A stretch of DNA of 45,448 bases, from IMG/VR virus record IMGVR_UViG_3300022227_000007, positions 1 through 45,448 of that record; one strand, given 5' to 3'. Source of the DNA: a virus (Duplodnaviria > Caudoviricetes). The translations under genes were made by a program, and so were the position numbers. Shown here piece by piece: positions 43,743 to 45,448 of this stretch. Within the stretch, counting starts at the first letter, position 1, and every line of letters starts with the position of its first letter. A model generated the notes under the pieces. That model worked only from the letters and a program-made list of their open reading frames with translations. It was not told the origin of the DNA and did not search any database.

Positions 43743-43850
43743 GATGGTTTTTAGACACAGTTAATTGGAATAAGAATATTACTATTATGTGATATACGTA
43801 TCCTGTAATAGCGAAACCGTGAATCAGTTTTTTAATATTAAGGAGACAGA

Positions 43851-44138
43851 ATGGCTAGAGTAAAAAAAGTAGTACAGCAATTAAAACGGTTAGGTTCCCT
43901 TCCCCCCAAATTAATTTTCCATGTGGAACAAGCACCGCTCGATGTAGCATCAGGGTCTAACAAAGCCCTTTGTGAATGCTTCTTAGAGTCAACAAATACA
44001 CCGTTTAATAGTGATGTGCTTGAACATGATACATTTGTACCATTTCAAGAAAATCACCCAAGATATACTGACTCAGTTACTGCTGCTTGTGATACAGTAG
44101 CATCAATGTGTAAGTACAATAAGCCTTGGGATGATTAA
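43851..44138 (+). CDS. Hypothetical protein, 95 aa (first gene of the divergent arm)
   Basis: AAGGAG RBS, ATG and TAA. Confidence 0.65.
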   Translation: MARVKKVVQQLKRLGSLPPKLIFHVEQAPLDVASGSNKALCECFLESTNTPFNSDVLEHDTFVPFQENHPRYTDSVTAACDTVASMCKYNKPWDD

Positions 44139-44161
44139 GAAATATCTTGCTGATAGTGTAG

Positions 44162-44192
44162 AGAGGAGGCGTTGATATAAGTCCTCCTCTTT
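44162..44192 (+). terminator. Intergenic hairpin (terminator or processing site)
   Basis: AGAGGAGG (44162-44169) pairs with CCTCCTCT (44183-44190); only a short T run follows. Confidence 0.4.
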
Positions 44193-44233
44193 GCATGGAC
44201 TAGAACAACAATAAAATAAAGGAGAATAACCCC

Positions 44234-44551
44234 ATGGGACGAAACCCTATACAGCGAAGCCCTGAAGAAAAGGCATTTCGTGATAATTATATAAGGCAGC
44301 ATAGTAGATCAAAGGGAGCTGCTAAGGCATGGAAACGCAAACAACAAAGATTGCAGAAGCAGAGTTATAAAGAGGTAGAAACAGATGTACGTGTTGCATC
44401 GCCTAAGAAAGTAAGTACAGCTTTAACCACTGTTCTAGGCCAACATCCAATCTCTAAACTTGAAGTAATACATCGGCCAACTACCACTAAGAAAAATGTA
44501 CGTGGCCGTATAATTAGCTGGTTAACCAACAAAACTAGAAGTCGCCGTTAG
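44234..44551 (+). CDS. Basic hypothetical protein, 105 aa
   Basis: AAGGAG RBS, ATG and TAG; K/R-rich. Confidence 0.65.
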   Translation: MGRNPIQRSPEEKAFRDNYIRQHSRSKGAAKAWKRKQQRLQKQSYKEVETDVRVASPKKVSTALTTVLGQHPISKLEVIHRPTTTKKNVRGRIISWLTNKTRSRR

Positions 44552-44559
44552 CGACTGTA

Positions 44560-45340
44560 ATATAACTGGATACACTGCGCCACAAGTGTGCATAGCCAAG
44601 GTTAAACTAACCTAGAAGTGTAACAAAAGTGAAACACTTTTTCACATCCTACAGTTAATAGTAACCAGGGGAGGCCTGGTGATGAGTGTGAGGAATATCT
44701 GATCAATATTTCAATAGAACTTGAGATGATTAACGGCTTCGTATCCAGTACAGATTTATGGGTCCAATAGACATGAGATGAATGATATCCTCTTCCTCAG
44801 AACAGAGTCCCTGCTGCTTAGTGGGGTGTAGGGCCCATAATAATTTGAGAGTAGAGGTGATAAGCATATAGTTTCTATTTGTTATAAGTTAGAGTCCGCA
44901 AGGTCTATGGACATAGTGTCATTCGGGGCAGTTCCGATGAAAAGTACACATTGAACTCTATGACCTACTCTCATATATTCGCGAGCGCTTGAGTTTTCAG
45001 AGATGAAAACAAAGAGTATGAAGTTGGGTGCAAATCCCGTGCTCGCTATCTATGCCTAAGTTGAAGACATTAAGTCCAGTCGGGATAGGGACTGCTTAAA
45101 TCTTATGTCCTATCACTTTGACCTAGAGCAGAGTGGGTGGCGGAGGTTTTCAAAAGGGATTATCCTTATCCCGGAAGTTGTGCCAAAGCCACCCCATCTT
45201 TAATGAAGTACGAATCTTATAGTTCGAGGTATTGTGGGGATTACTAACAGAACCCACAGATTGGAGGTGATGACGCAGTTTACTCGAGCCACTGTCGAGC
45301 CAATGGCGGTAATCCAAGATGAGACTGCTTGGAGATGTGT
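44560..45340. ncRNA. Candidate large structured non-coding RNA(s)
   Basis: No ORF in the track, and plus-strand ATGs checked under table 4 close quickly. Many nested inverted repeats, including 9-bp long-range stems 44565-44573/44741-44749 and 44846-44854/44965-44973. Plus strand favoured by GNRA loops and flanking genes. Confidence 0.5.
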
Positions 45341-45367
45341 AGAACTATAATATTGAGGAGAAAAATA

Positions 45368-45448
45368 ATGACGAGTGATTACGAAACAGTAAAAAGTAAA
45401 TTTAAATATCTATTTGAATTATATGATTTACCAGAACCAAAAGTAATA
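45368..45448 (+). CDS. Hypothetical protein, 5' fragment
   Basis: GAGGAG RBS and ATG 45368 (MTSDYETVKSKFKYLFELYDLPEPKVI); open to the window edge. Confidence 0.6.
   Translation, partial: MTSDYETVKSKFKYLFELYDLPEPKVI

Noticed and set aside
44981-45047. Canonical tRNA or TGA-suppressor tRNA-Trp(TCA)
   Set aside because: No D-arm or 7-nt anticodon loop could be built; kept only as a tRNA-like element. No suppressor tRNA was seen in the window.

Overview
Late (morphogenesis) region of a large, probably contractile-tailed dsDNA phage. It uses TGA as tryptophan (translation table 4), so the supplied code-11 ORF track fragments most real genes. Re-read by hand with TGA=Trp, positions 1-43708 form an almost gap-free minus-strand gene array in which every reconstructed gene ends in TAA or TAG. 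In transcription order (right to left) it holds: central spike, PKD/Ig protein and a Pvc10/Afp10-like spike tip; about 30 mostly orphan genes, including a Cys-less IscA/HesB-like protein, an Hc1 histone-like protein, a trypsin protease, a phosphoesterase+ATP DNA ligase, a zincin and a nucleotidyltransferase; ribosomal protein bS21; a lambda-gpA-type terminase; putative prohead protease, scaffolds, decoration and major capsid proteins; neck proteins, one carrying LamG inserts; and fibre/collagen proteins. Two divergent plus-strand ORFs and about 800 nt of richly base-paired non-coding DNA lie at the right end. The most notable observations are (1) the recoding, (2) a shared N-terminal leader (F/LG-x-x-K-x-A/S) on more than a dozen unrelated proteins including the ligase, suggesting a capsid-targeting and cleavage signal for a packaged cargo set, and (3) a candidate large structured ncRNA containing a tRNA-like module. 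All product calls come from motif recognition by eye; no database searches were run.
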